Part shown: in pieces, positions 63,053 to 64,000 of the stretch
Position numbering within the stretch: position 1 is the first letter of the stretch
Layout of the letters: each line of letters begins with the position of its first letter
Assembly: GCA_963920595.1 (NCBI GenBank)
Contig: OY986946.1
Coordinates: 4,216,001 to 4,280,000 of the forward strand
DNA from: Eimeria praecox
Lineage: Eukaryota
Length of the DNA stretch: 64,000 nucleotides
Direction: 5' to 3'
Translations under genes and position numbers: made by a program
Notes under the pieces: model-generated
What the model was told of the DNA's origin: nothing
Databases searched by the model: none
The model's input: only the letters and a program-made list of their open reading frames with translations

Positions 63053-63053
63053 A

Positions 63054-63100
<47 letters not shown>

Positions 63101-63366
63101 GTCGTCAGCTTGCAGCAGAGGCCAGGAGCATGCAGCCTACTCCTCGGCTTCCCCCGGTTGCTTCTGTTGCTGCTGAGCCGCAGACAGCAGCAACTCCATC
63201 AACAGCAGCAGCAGCAGCAGCAGCAGAAGCAGCAACAGCTGGAGCAGCAGCAGCAACAGCAGCAACAGCAGCAGCAGCAGCACGTCTCGGTGACATCACA
63301 AAGCCCCTTCTACTGTTGCCGCCCTCGCGAACACATACAGTGTATACAGAAGAGGAAGAGAACGGA

Positions 63367-63398
<32 letters not shown>

Positions 63399-64000
63399 GC
63401 AGCCAAAGCAGCAGCAGCAGCAGCAGCCAAAGCAGCAGCAGCCAAAGCAGCAGCAGCAGCAGGCGCACGATGCAGCAGCTCTGTCTTCGCTTCAAAACTG
63501 CTGGTGGGAAGAAGCAGATAACACTACACCGTCGCTGGAGCCCCGAGCAGCAGCAGGAGCAGCAGCAGCAGCAGGAGCAGCAGCAGCAGCAGACGCAGCT
63601 GCTGCTGCATCACCAAGCCCCACAGCAGCTGCAGCAGCAGGAGCTGCTGCTGCTGCTCCTGCAGCACCGCGAAGCCCCACAGCAGCAGCAGGTGCAGCAC
63701 CGCAGCTGCAGCGGCCGCTGCAGCTGCGGCATCCTGTCCCTTTGTTGGGGTGTATAGACAGCTTAGGGGCTGAGTGCAGCAGCATTTGGAGGACACCCTG
63801 CAGCAGCAGAGTAGGTGGGAGTGCTGCTGTGAGCCCGGGAGCGGGGGCAGCAGCAGCAGCTGATGCAGCATGTGCTGCTGCTGCTGCTGCTGCCGGGTTT
63901 GTATCGCCTGCACCTACGAACAACAGCTGCGTATACACCCCGTTGTCTTCAACTCCTAGAGGGGGGGCGCCTCTATGGATAGATTCTACGCCTCACCAAG
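61084..64000 (+). CDS. Large low-complexity hypothetical protein exon, 3'-truncated by the window edge
   Basis: By manual reading, frame +1 has no stop from 61084 to 64000 (first ATG at 61270: MSCTGNSYIDNASRK...DDDTGSLYSYYSAPDCLQR...LSSLQNCWWEEAD...). It is missing from the ORF track because no stop falls inside the window. It may be spliced to upstream islands at about 60380-61020. Confidence 0.65.

Overview
Eukaryotic, intron-rich DNA with the repeat signature of an Eimeria-type coccidian (Apicomplexa) repeat-rich chromosome segment: pervasive (CAG/CTG)n, interstitial telomere-like (TTTAGGG/CCCTAAA)n and (TGCA)n. The species cannot be fixed from this window. Most ORF-track entries are repeat artefacts. 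Splicing by hand, checking phase at each junction, gives six recognisable genes. These are a RAP-domain protein (807-3579 +), an 11-exon probably apicoplast-targeted arginyl-tRNA synthetase (4840-13519 +), a 13-exon patatin-family TAG lipase (20677-29735 +), mitochondrial uL2 (40479-42311 -), a predicted acylated MORN-repeat protein (44998-46950 -) and an SLC25A39/40/Mtm1-like carrier (51935-53425 -). Several hypothetical low-complexity or membrane-protein genes and a 200-N gap are also present. Two unexplained patterns stand out. (1) At least six introns are bracketed by mutually complementary repeat arrays, CCCTAAA after the donor and TTTAGGG before the acceptor, which suggests RNA-duplex bridging of splice sites. 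(2) A 14-22 bp palindrome family, GGTGTAYRTACACC, is dispersed through introns, intergenic DNA and conserved coding exons. All family assignments rest on motif recognition from memory; no searches were run.
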